From Synechococcus sp. (GTDB lineage: Bacteria > Cyanobacteriota > Cyanobacteriia > PCC-6307 > Cyanobiaceae), in assembly GCA_047285805.1 (NCBI GenBank), contig JBJBCN010000003.1:544001-608000 (forward strand): a stretch of 64,000 bases of DNA. The letters are read 5' to 3'. The translations under genes and the position numbers were made by a program. This document shows, piece by piece, positions 22,467 through 32,231 of this stretch; the stretch's first letter is position 1; every line of letters begins with the position of its first letter. The notes beneath the pieces are model-generated. The model made no database searches, was not told the DNA's origin, and saw only the letters and a program-made list of their open reading frames with translations.

Positions 22467-22634
22467 CGTGGCTACTAAAGGGGAGAGAATCACAGCTCCT
22501 CCTCTCTGTAATCACTAGCAAGGGTCAAAAGAACCTGGCTCTGCCCAAGAAGTGTTAAGAGGAATTGCGCTGACCTGGCAAGGGGTTGGCGCGCACCAAT
22601 AAGTTCGACTTGCAACAGCAATAATGGTCTGGCG

Positions 22635-22769
22635 ATGAAGCTAATGAAGGCTAGATTGGCTCAGCTTAAGAGCTTCGCTGTTAAGAAGCTGAATGAGTTT
22701 GATGCTTACATATATCGTGGTATTGCGTCCTGGCAAGCTGAATACAGCCTCGCTATGGCCGCTTACTAA
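22635..22769 (+). CDS. 44-aa hypothetical microprotein (MKLMKARLAQLKSFAVKKLNEFDAYIYRGIASWQAEYSLAMAAY)
   Basis: Translated by hand; followed 30 nt later by a strong terminator. Confidence 0.5.
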   Translation: MKLMKARLAQLKSFAVKKLNEFDAYIYRGIASWQAEYSLAMAAY

Positions 22770-22799
22770 ACGCGTTTGATAAATGAGATAGGAAACTGT

Positions 22800-22826
22800 C
22801 CGCCGGCAGGTAGCCGGCGGTTTTTT
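22800..22826 (+). terminator. Rho-independent terminator
   Basis: CCGCCGGC-AGGTA-GCCGGCGG-T6. Confidence 0.85.
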
Positions 22827-23017
22827 ATGACCCTTTCGGCATAACCCGCGCTGCCGGCTGTCATTGGGGAGCCAGCTGAAATCGTTCGATTCTCGTTAGG
22901 TGTGCCCACACCACTGCCGCTGCACCAGGTTTCAGCGAAGGTGGGGCCCGACTGTGCTGGATGCCCCTTGTTCTGGTTCCTTGCCGCTGTTAACGCAGGG
23001 ACAACTGCCAAGCATTG

Positions 23018-23233
23018 ATGCCATTCACACGCATCGCGCACACGGCGAAGGGTTCAACGATTGATGCTTTGGGGAGCAATTGCTTTAGGGTCTGCGACCC
23101 CCAGGGTCACTGCCAAGCTGTCCAAGGACTGTGGAACGCAGAAGAGATCGTCAGGCGGAGTGAAAAAAGCAGCACCACGAAGCGTGACTGCTTGCTGCCC
23201 AAGCCGATCAGGCGACCGGTTGGAGAGTGGTGA
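23018..23233 (+). CDS. Small hypothetical protein with a C-x5-C (CDPQGHC) motif
   Basis: 71-aa ORF MPFTRIAHTAKGSTIDALG...; resembles small picocyanobacterial hypotheticals (from recall). Confidence 0.6.
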   Translation: MPFTRIAHTAKGSTIDALGSNCFRVCDPQGHCQAVQGLWNAEEIVRRSEKSSTTKRDCLLPKPIRRPVGEW

Positions 23234-23278
23234 GCAGCTGGCTTGCGTTCTCTGATGCGGTCGCCCTTTTCGGGAGAC

Positions 23279-23318
23279 AAAAGAATCCTGAGCGCAACTG
23301 CCGATGCTCTTCAGGATT
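23279..23318 (-). terminator. Putative minus-strand terminator
   Basis: AATCCTGA...TCAGGATT inverted repeat with an adjacent A-tract on the + strand. Confidence 0.45.
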
Positions 23319-23458
23319 GAGGTCGGCCATGACTAGCTCGGTTCGCAGTCCACGAGCCTGAGCTGGTTCTTACCGCCTCGCTTGTCCTAGAGGGTGCGCG
23401 ACCAAACCTTGCAATTCATCCGCGACAGGCCTAAGCCAGGGGTAGTCGCTTAGTTGGT

Positions 23459-23632
23459 ATGCATGCCGTTCTGACGAAGTGCGCTTGCCCCAAGTGCAAA
23501 TGCGAGGTGCCAGAGGTTGGAGGTGTTGAGCGCAACGGCCTCAGCTTCTGCTCGGAAGCCTGTGCCTCAGGGCATCCAAACAATGAGCCTTGTCATCCCA
23601 CCGGCGCTTGCGGATGCGATTGCACTGACTAA
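23459..23632 (+). CDS. smtA: Bacterial metallothionein (SmtA/BmtA family), 57 aa
   Basis: MHAVLTKCACPKCKCEV...FCSEACASGHPNNEPCHPTGACGCDCTD: CxCxxCxC, (Y/F)CSxxCAxGH and CGC motifs; 10 Cys; below the ORF-track size cutoff. Confidence 0.93.
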   Translation: MHAVLTKCACPKCKCEVPEVGGVERNGLSFCSEACASGHPNNEPCHPTGACGCDCTD

Positions 23633-23778
23633 ACACTGGGGATCTTGGGTCAATGAGGTAACCAAGGCCATAGCCGAGCTAGGCGCCGAACCAGCGCCAT
23701 CCGAGCAGGGGAGTGCCAAGCTCCCGCACCTCAACACTCCCGACCAGGGATCCGTCGGTTAGTGCCAGTGGCCACTGG

Positions 23779-24012
23779 CTAGTGTCTGTGACCGCTGTGG
23801 TCATGGCCGCTGTGATCGTCTTCGCCACCGTCTTCTTCACAGGGTGACCAGACACCAAACCATTCGTAAGCGCCTTCTCAGCCCATCTCCTTGGCCCGTT
23901 GCAGGGCTTCTTCCTTAGTCGCAAAGGTGTAGTTGCCGTCAGGCTCTTCTGCTCTCACTCCCAGGGCGCACAAAGACGAAGCGAGCATTAGGACAGCTAT
24001 CAGTCTTTTCAT
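23779..24012 (-). pseudogene. DUF3721-like secreted protein with His-rich tail; in-frame TGA at codon 45
   Basis: Signal peptide MKRLIAVLMLASSLCALGVRA, then FATKEEALQRAKEMG*EGAYEWFGVWSPC and tail DDHSGHDHSGHRH. Confidence 0.7.
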
Positions 24013-24042
24013 CTCTCCAACATGGGATGCGAGGCAATTCGA

Positions 24043-24063
24043 CTTCCAGGTGAAGTAAGCCAT
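24043..24063. repeat. 21-bp direct repeat, right copy (att-like)
   Basis: Identical to 21899-21919; reads MAYFTWK on the minus strand. Confidence 0.9.
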
Positions 24064-24121
24064 GGCCAGGCAATGCGCTGATCTGACCGTTAGACGGGCG
24101 GAGCAAATCGCGTCTGTCAAA

Positions 24122-24184
24122 GAAAAAGGGGGTTGCCATACCCCCTCGAGAATCTCCCTTGCCCGACCCGAAGGTCGTGAACAA
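24122..24184 (-). ncRNA. Candidate small RNA, unit 3
   Basis: Minus strand: CGACC-TTCG-GGTCG (cUUCGg tetraloop), GGCAAGGGAGA, then terminator GGGGGT-ATGGCA-ACCCCC-TTTTT. Confidence 0.55.
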
Positions 24185-24287
24185 ATGATGCGCCGCGGCG
24201 GGGGTTTGAACTGTTGTTCCTGTAACGCTCTGTGCACTGTGTTGGCTGCCGCTGACAGTGTTGAGTGATCAATGTGACCGTTGCGCC

Positions 24288-24428
24288 ATGACTTCTGCGG
24301 GCCTGGCTGTGCGACTGATCCTGTTGCTCGTCTTTGGCGCGGTGATGTGTACCTGGCTGGGGGAAGGCACTCCTCCGGTGAACAACACCGAGGCCGATGA
24401 CGCAATGCCCGCTTTGCAAGCGCAATAG
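24288..24428 (+). CDS. 46-aa membrane or secreted microprotein
   Basis: MTSAGLAVRLILLLVFGAVMCTWLGEGTPPVNNTEADDAMPALQAQ; one hydrophobic helix; translated by hand. Confidence 0.45.
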   Translation: MTSAGLAVRLILLLVFGAVMCTWLGEGTPPVNNTEADDAMPALQAQ

Positions 24429-24535
24429 GCCTGGACAACCTCCCGGCCTTGCGTAACAATTAAGATCGAACTTCTTGGTTTGGCGGCAAAGAAAAGCAAT
24501 GCCCACTCCAAAGCGTCTGCAAGCGATCTGATCAG

Positions 24536-24652
24536 ATGGAAATTCTGATCCATCTCCCCGCTTTGATGGTGGCCGGATCCGCCGCGTTCATCGGCTATTC
24601 CTATTACTCCGCGGCTGTTCAGCGGGCCGCAAAACGAGAGCGACTGCGCTAG
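24536..24652 (+). CDS. 38-aa single-TM microprotein
   Basis: MEILIHLPALMVAGSAAFIGYSYYSAAVQRAAKRERLR; TM helix followed by a basic tail; translated by hand. Confidence 0.5.
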   Translation: MEILIHLPALMVAGSAAFIGYSYYSAAVQRAAKRERLR

Positions 24653-24956
24653 TCCGCTTATCCCAATGTCGTGGGACTCTCCACGCTCATGGTCGAACCC
24701 GAGAGTTCCGGTTTGGAGCAGGTTTGCAATTGGGATGTGGCCGCATGAGGCCGCGCTGGCTTTGGCTTGTCCTCTTCCTGAACGCGGGCATCGCCGTAGG
24801 GGTGGCCTGGTTCTGGGTGGACCACCGCCAGGTCTGCGCCCGTTGGGTATCCATGCAACTCAGTGATGCCAGGGCGTGGAGCAGTTGCGGCTTCAGCCGG
24901 CGCGCTACAACGCCTATTTCACGGTCCTCGGCTACTGCCGTTGCTACCGGGTCAGC

Positions 24957-26066
24957 TCAAGCCAGCAGCAGTAATCCCAGGGCGGCCAGCCCAGCGCTGA
25001 TGAGCCAGAAGCCCACGACCACCTGTTGTTCGGAGGCGACACCCAGTTCGAAGTGGTGGTGCAGTGGAGCCATGCGGAAGACCCGCCGGCCGACACCATC
25101 GGGGCCCTTGGTGGCCTTGAACACCCAGACCTGGACGATCACCGAAAGGGATTCCGCCAGGAAGATCCCGCCCATCAAGAGCAGGGCCCAGAGGCTGTTG
25201 CTCAGCAGGGCCACCGCGGCCAGGGCCGACCCCATGGCCAGGGAACCGGTGTCGCCCATGAATACCCGGGCCGGGTGCCGATTGAAGAGCAAGAAACCCA
25301 GCCAGCAGCCAGCCATGGCCGCGCAGAAGCCGGCGAGGGCGGGGTCCCCCTCATTGCCTCGGAGCATCAGCTGAACCCCCATGCCGCTGAAGACGATCGC
25401 TCCACAGCCGGCCGCCAGGCCATCGAGGCCGTCGGTGAGGTTGGTGGCGTTGCTTTCCGCCAAGAAGACGAAGAGGCCTAGGGGCCAGATCAGGAGGCCT
25501 AGGGGAAGGATCCAGCCCAGGGGCAGGGCGATCTGTGCGGTGATCAGCTCATGCCAGGAGGCCCAAGCCAGGAAGCCAGCGGCGCCGAGACCCTGCAGCA
25601 GCAGTTTGCGGCTGGGCGAGAGCCCCGTGTTGTGGCGTTTGGTCAGGCTACGCCAGTCATCGAATCCGCCGATGACCATGTAGGCCAGGGTGATCGCCGC
25701 GACCCCGGGCAAGCGCAGGTCGCTCGGGGCAATCAGCCCCCCCACCAGCACGCCGACGGGAACGACAAGCAGTCCTCCCATCGTGGGTGTCCCCGCTTTG
25801 CTCAGGTGGCTTTGGGGCCCCTCCTGGCGGATGACCTGTCCGAGTTTGAGGTTGCGCAGACGGGGCACCCCCCAGGTGCAGACAACGGCGCTGATGGCCG
25901 CCGCCACCAGCAGCGGAACGCTGAGCTGCGGTGTTCGCGTGAACCAGTCGCAGACGGCGCAGACCAACAACAGCAACAAACCCAGCAGCAGTGCCAGGCG
26001 GCGACTGTTGCTGGGCATCGAGGCGATGAACCTGCTGGTGGAGACCACAGGGGTGGGAGGAATCAA
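24957..26066 (-). CDS. mraY: Phospho-N-acetylmuramoyl-pentapeptide transferase
   Basis: [32 protein letters not shown] and MAPLHHHFE motifs; start uncertain. Confidence 0.96.
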   Translation of the reverse strand: MIPPTPVVSTSRFIASMPSNSRRLALLLGLLLLLVCAVCDWFTRTPQLSVPLLVAAAISAVVCTWGVPRLRNLKLGQVIRQEGPQSHLSKAGTPTMGGLLVVPVGVLVGGLIAPSDLRLPGVAAITLAYMVIGGFDDWRSLTKRHNTGLSPSRKLLLQGLGAAGFLAWASWHELITAQIALPLGWILPLGLLIWPLGLFVFLAESNATNLTDGLDGLAAGCGAIVFSGMGVQLMLRGNEGDPALAGFCAAMAGCWLGFLLFNRHPARVFMGDTGSLAMGSALAAVALLSNSLWALLLMGGIFLAESLSVIVQVWVFKATKGPDGVGRRVFRMAPLHHHFELGVASEQQVVVGFWLISAGLAALGLLLLA

Positions 26067-26338
26067 TCCTCCCAGTTTTCCTCGTTTTGCTCGTCGTCGG
26101 CCTTGTAGTCCTCTTTCTCGCCCATCAGCGCGGACAGTTCTTCTTCTTCCACAGTGCTGACCTCGCTGGTGGCGGCTTCCTCATCCACCACGAGGCGGCC
26201 GCTGGTCTCGAGCCAGCTCAGGAGGTCGGGCTCTTCGCGCAGGGGCAGCACCGGGGCGGCTTCGCTGCGGCCGTAGCGGGTCAGCGAAGGATTAATGCCA
26301 TCCAGCTCGGAGAGGCTGGTGCTGAGGTTGCTGCTCAT
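26063..26338 (-). CDS. DUF3134 family protein
   Basis: NPSL...VLPL...[11 protein letters not shown] followed by an acidic tail; lies upstream of mraY. Confidence 0.8.
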   Translation of the reverse strand: MSSNLSTSLSELDGINPSLTRYGRSEAAPVLPLREEPDLLSWLETSGRLVVDEEAATSEVSTVEEEELSALMGEKEDYKADDEQNEENWED

Positions 26339-26440
26339 CGCGTGAGGCCCGTCGGACGTCGGTGTACAGGAGTGCCGGGTTTGTAGCTACCCAGCTGCCG
26401 CCAATCCGCCATCCTATCTGAGACTCTCCCTTGGGCCGAG

Positions 26441-26704
26441 ATGGCAGCGGCGAAATGGTGGCAGCTGGCGCCCGCCTGGGGTGTCGCACTTGTCATCAGT
26501 TGGCTTTTGGTCTGGGCAGGACGCCACTGGCCAACGCCGTTGTTGGCGCAAACCTGGGCCCTGGAGCGGCCCGATGCGGCGGTGGTTTTGGCCTTGGCAC
26601 TGGTCCTGCTGCCTCCTCTGGGGATCGCCCTTTGGCTGGTGCTCCAGATGGCTCGCCACCGCGACAGTGGAGAATCGATCGATTGCGCGCATGGAGAGCG
26701 TTGA
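26441..26704 (+). CDS. Hypothetical membrane protein
   Basis: Two hydrophobic segments; stop overlaps the argG start. Confidence 0.65.
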   Translation: MAAAKWWQLAPAWGVALVISWLLVWAGRHWPTPLLAQTWALERPDAAVVLALALVLLPPLGIALWLVLQMARHRDSGESIDCAHGER

Positions 26705-27903
26705 TGGGCCGGGCCAAGAAGGCTGTGCTGGCGTATTCCGGTGGTGTGGATACCAGCGTCTGTATTCCCTATCTCAAGAACGAGTGGGGCGTGGAGGAGG
26801 TGATCACCTTTGCCGCCGATCTGGGGCAGGGGGATGAGCTCGAGCCGATCCGTCAAAAGGCGCTGGATTCCGGGGCGAGCCAGTCGATCGTTGGTGATCT
26901 GATCGAGCCCTTCATCCGTGATTTCGCCTTCCCGGCGATTCGCGCCAACGCCTTGTATGAAGGCCGCTACCCGCTCTCCACGGCCCTGGCGCGTCCCCTG
27001 ATCGCCCGCCGTCTGGTGGAGATCGCCCGCGAGGTCGGTGCGGATGCGGTGGCCCATGGCTGTACCGGCAAGGGCAACGACCAGGTTCGCTTCGACGTGG
27101 CGATTGGCGCCCTTGCACCGGATCTCAAGGTGCTGACCCCGGCCCGCGAATGGGGCATGAGCCGCGAGGAGACCATCGCCTACGGAGAGCGTTGTGGCAT
27201 CCCCTCCCCGGTGAGCAAGAAGTCGCCCTACTCGATTGATCTCAACCTGTTGGGTCGTTCGATTGAGGCGGGCCCCCTTGAAGATCCCAACGTGGAGCCT
27301 CCCGAGGAGATCTACGCCCTGACCGTTGGTGTGGATGCGGCTCCCGATCAGCCCCAGGTGGTGGAAATCGGGTTTGAGAAAGGCAATCCAGTCAGCCTTG
27401 ATGGCGAGCGTCTCGATCCCGTCAGCCTGATCCGCCGCGCCAACACCCTGGCCGGCAGCCACGGCTACGGCCGCCTCGACATGATCGAGAACCGTGTGGT
27501 GGGGATCAAGAGCCGTGAGATCTATGAAACCCCCGGTCTGCTGCTGCTCATCAAAGCCCACCAGGAACTGGAGAGCCTGACCCTGGCCGCGGATGTGCTG
27601 CGGAGCAAGCGCCAGTTGGAGCAGCAGTGGGCTGACGTGGTCTATCAAGGCCTCTGGTACGGCCCGCTGAAGGACGCCCTGGACGGCTTCATTGACCGCA
27701 CCCAGCGCACCGTGAACGGCAGCGTCAAGGTCAAGCTCCACAAGGGCAACGCCACCGTCGTCGGCCGCAGCAGCGCCAACAGCCTCTACGTGCCTGACAT
27801 GGCCACCTACGACTCCGGTGATCAGTTCGATCACCGTGCTGCCGAGGGCTTCATCTATGTGTGGGGTCTGCCGACCCGTCTCTGGGCCAACAGCCAGCGC
27901 TGA
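26704..27903 (+). CDS. argG: Argininosuccinate synthase
   Basis: [23 protein letters not shown] and GIKSREIYE motifs. Confidence 0.98.
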   Translation: MGRAKKAVLAYSGGVDTSVCIPYLKNEWGVEEVITFAADLGQGDELEPIRQKALDSGASQSIVGDLIEPFIRDFAFPAIRANALYEGRYPLSTALARPLIARRLVEIAREVGADAVAHGCTGKGNDQVRFDVAIGALAPDLKVLTPAREWGMSREETIAYGERCGIPSPVSKKSPYSIDLNLLGRSIEAGPLEDPNVEPPEEIYALTVGVDAAPDQPQVVEIGFEKGNPVSLDGERLDPVSLIRRANTLAGSHGYGRLDMIENRVVGIKSREIYETPGLLLLIKAHQELESLTLAADVLRSKRQLEQQWADVVYQGLWYGPLKDALDGFIDRTQRTVNGSVKVKLHKGNATVVGRSSANSLYVPDMATYDSGDQFDHRAAEGFIYVWGLPTRLWANSQR

Positions 27904-27906
27904 GGC

Positions 27907-28225
27907 CTAGGCCGCTTCGGGCCAGAGCGGTCTTACCCCAGCACACACCTCGGGTTGGAGGGGAAGGATCAAAGGCTCGTCCCCCTCAGGCGACTGCGGC
28001 TTCAGTTGGGGGCGACCATGCTGGAGGCGTTCATTATTCTGCGCTCATCAGCCGTTGGCGCTCGAGGATGGGTTCGAGCCGTTGATTGGACTTCCGTTCG
28101 AAGATTCCGAGCAGCTCCGCGAGGAGGGACTACATCTCAGCGATCTGATGCCGCGCGCGCTCCAGCTCCTGTTGGCTCTGGGTCAAAGCCGCCTGTAGGA
28201 CCTGATGCTCCAACAGCCGGCCCAT
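27907..28225 (-). pseudogene. Degraded coiled-coil hypothetical gene (internal TAG plus a frameshift)
   Basis: MGRLLEHQ...ELERARHQIAEM*SLLAELLGIFERKSNQRLEPILERQRLMSAE, then a shifted frame NERLQH...PLWPEAA*. Confidence 0.5.
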
Positions 28226-28263
28226 AAAAAAACCTCCTGGAACCTAACCAAGGCGCCAGGAGG
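28226..28263 (-). terminator. Rho-independent terminator after rpsF
   Basis: CCTCCTGG...CCAGGAGG stem with T7 on the minus strand. Confidence 0.8.
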
Positions 28264-28290
28264 AAACAAGAGGCGAGATGCCTTTGGTGA

Positions 28291-28659
28291 TCAGGAAGCG
28301 GAGGTTTGCAGGGCAGCTTCGTCGCTGGTGGCCTGGGGTGCGGGACCGGTGCGGGGAGCAGGCAGGGGACCGTCCTGCTTGACGGTCAGGTAACGAATCA
28401 CGTCTTCGCTCAGTCGCATGGCCTTCTCGAGTGCAGCCACCTGTTGGCCGTCGCCGTTGTGGGCGAGCTGCACGTAGATCCCTTCCTTGTGCTTGGAAAT
28501 GGTGTAGGCCAGGCGGCGCTTGCCGCGCATCTGGCAATCCAGTACCTCAGCACCTGCTTCGGTGACGAGATCGCGGTACTTGGTGATATGGGTCTCCACC
28601 TCTTCCTCCGGGATATCCGGACGAAGGATGTACATCGTTTCGTAGTAGGGCTGCGACAT
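28291..28659 (-). CDS. rpsF: 30S ribosomal protein S6
   Basis: [17 protein letters not shown] and EDVIRY motifs. Confidence 0.97.
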   Translation of the reverse strand: MSQPYYETMYILRPDIPEEEVETHITKYRDLVTEAGAEVLDCQMRGKRRLAYTISKHKEGIYVQLAHNGDGQQVAALEKAMRLSEDVIRYLTVKQDGPLPAPRTGPAPQATSDEAALQTSAS

Positions 28660-28746
28660 GGCTTACGCGATCCGACGTGGACGCCGAAAGGGACGGTGGC
28701 TGATGGGGTGGACCGAAGCCCGTTCATCAGCGGCGGATGGTCCACA

Positions 28747-29208
28747 CTACAGCTGCATGCGAACAGCCTCAGACAGGCTGGGAATGTCGGCTTCCTTGCC
28801 GCGCAGGCACTGGATGATCCCGAAGAGCACCAGCACCAGCATCCCCAGGAAGATGGTGTTGGCCAGGGTCCGAACGGCGAAGTTCCCGCCCAGGGGAGCC
28901 AGCAGCAGGTTGAACGCCAGGGACAGCACGATCAGGAGGATGTCCAGCAGGATCGCCTGAAGGGCATTGAAGCGGATGAAATAAGGCACCCGTGGGTTGC
29001 GCACTACCCCGAGGAACAGCACCAAAAAGAGGATGAAACCGCCGAAGGGAATGGCCTGTTCCACCAGCACCAGCGGCAGCGCCGGCAGGCTGAGCCACTG
29101 GAGCATCGGGAAGAGGCTCGTCAGGGAGCGTCCGAAGGGAAGGCCGTCGCTCCAGGGCAAGACATAGGTCAGTAGGGCCAACAGCCTCTGCCAGCTGGGG
29201 ATCGTCAT
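28747..29208 (-). CDS. Tic20/Ycf60 family membrane protein
   Basis: YVLPW, VVRNPRVPYFIRFNALQAILLD and IPSLSEAV motifs. Confidence 0.9.
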   Translation of the reverse strand: MTIPSWQRLLALLTYVLPWSDGLPFGRSLTSLFPMLQWLSLPALPLVLVEQAIPFGGFILFLVLFLGVVRNPRVPYFIRFNALQAILLDILLIVLSLAFNLLLAPLGGNFAVRTLANTIFLGMLVLVLFGIIQCLRGKEADIPSLSEAVRMQL

Positions 29209-29244
29209 CGCTCGGGGTCACCTTGGAGGTGACGTTAGTGGGAC

Positions 29245-30129
29245 CTACTGCAGCTGGCGCAGGGCGGCCTGGTGCATGACCTCCACGGGCACTTCGCTGT
29301 GGGCACTCCAGAGGCGCAGGGAGGCGGCCCCCTGCCCCACGAGCATGCGCAGGCCGTCCAGGCTGCGGCAACCCTTCTTGGAGGCCTGCTGCAGCAGGGC
29401 AGTGGGCCGCGGGGTGTAGATCAAGTCGTACACCCAGGCCTGGGACGCAAGCCTCTCCAATTCAGCGGGGCTCAACGGGCAGGCCTGGCATGCGTTGGGG
29501 TCCGTCGCCGAGGTCATCCCCACCGGCGTGGTGTTCACCACCAGGTCCGCATGCGGCAGGGTTTCCTTGACGGCGTTCCCCCAGGACAGGGGCCGCAACT
29601 GGGGCGCCCAGCTTTCGCAGTCCGCCTGGAAGGTCTCCAGGGCTTCGGCCCGTCGCCCGGCCAGAACGATGTCGGCAAAGCCCAGCTCCACCAGGCCGGC
29701 GACGACGGCGCGGGCACTCCCTCCGCAGCCGAGCACCAGGGCCCGCTTCTCGGACCAGCTGGTTTCCCGCAGTGGCGCGCAGAACCCCTCCACATCGGTA
29801 TTGGTGCCCAGCCAGCCGCCCCCCTGGCGCGGCACCAGGGTGTTCACGGCCCCCAGCCGCTCCGCCAGTGGACTGAGTTCGCTGCAGAGCGCCGCGACCG
29901 CTTGCTTGTGGGGGATGGTCACGTTCAGGCCGCGGCAGCCCATCGCTTCAAGGGCGCGCACAACGGTGGTGAGTTCGGCCGCTGGCGTGGGCAGGGCCAG
30001 ATAGGCCCAGTCCACGCCCATCACTTCGAGGGCCGCGTTGTGCATCACCGGCGAGAGGGAGTGGCGCACGGGATCGCCCAGCACCCCCACAAGCGCGGTG
30101 CTGCCTTGGATGCGGGCCTCGGCGTTCAC
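29245..30129 (-). CDS. aroE: Shikimate dehydrogenase
   Basis: HSLSP.MHN, NVTIPHK, GAVNT, NTDVEG, GCGGSA and DLIYTP motifs; start approximate. Confidence 0.95.
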   Translation of the reverse strand: MNAEARIQGSTALVGVLGDPVRHSLSPVMHNAALEVMGVDWAYLALPTPAAELTTVVRALEAMGCRGLNVTIPHKQAVAALCSELSPLAERLGAVNTLVPRQGGGWLGTNTDVEGFCAPLRETSWSEKRALVLGCGGSARAVVAGLVELGFADIVLAGRRAEALETFQADCESWAPQLRPLSWGNAVKETLPHADLVVNTTPVGMTSATDPNACQACPLSPAELERLASQAWVYDLIYTPRPTALLQQASKKGCRSLDGLRMLVGQGAASLRLWSAHSEVPVEVMHQAALRQLQ

Positions 30130-30212
30130 GGTGGTTCGGGCACTGTTCGGCAACCACACCTAGCCCCACCCGGGTGCTGCTGCGGAGGATGCCTGCAGTT
30201 CAGAGGTCACCC

Positions 30213-32117
<1,905 letters not shown>

Positions 32118-32144
32118 TGCTCCGCTCACGCTGGTGAGCCCAGG

Positions 32145-32172
32145 GCCCCCGGTTCCAACCGGGGGCTTTTTT
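32145..32172 (+). terminator. Terminator after dnaK
   Basis: GCCCCCGGTT-CC-AACCGGGGGC-T6. Confidence 0.9.
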
Positions 32173-32191
32173 GTGCCTCGACCCGCGCAGC

Positions 32192-32214
32192 AAAAAGCCC
32201 CCCTTGGGGGGCTT
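32192..32214 (-). terminator. Terminator after pstS
   Basis: AAGCCCCCC-TT-GGGGGGCTT inverted repeat with an A-tract on the + strand. Confidence 0.8.
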
Positions 32215-32231
32215 AGGGAGTTGCCCTTGGG

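Larger units (their letters stand above)
21899..24063. mobile_element. Integrase-less genomic islet bounded by 21-bp direct repeats
   Basis: Perfect terminal direct repeats, visibly more AT-rich than the flanks, only short ORFs and terminators inside. Confidence 0.65.

Noticed and set aside
22215..22478. 87-aa + strand ORF in the islet
   Set aside because: Runs through a strong intrinsic terminator and the repeated RNA hairpins; composition is not protein-like.
23517..23762. 81-aa + strand ORF from the track
   Set aside because: Overlaps the clear metallothionein gene in another frame and has no recognisable features.
23878..24459. 193-aa minus-strand ORF
   Set aside because: A chance readthrough across a terminator and the 21-bp repeat into the DUF3721-like gene; only the part from 24063 or 24012 looks meaningful.
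26431..26703. N-terminal extensions given by the ORF track for argG (also acnB, dnaK, moaC, psbQ and the tauE-like gene)
   Set aside because: Conserved N-termini start at downstream codons, and the extensions overlap other genes or promoters.
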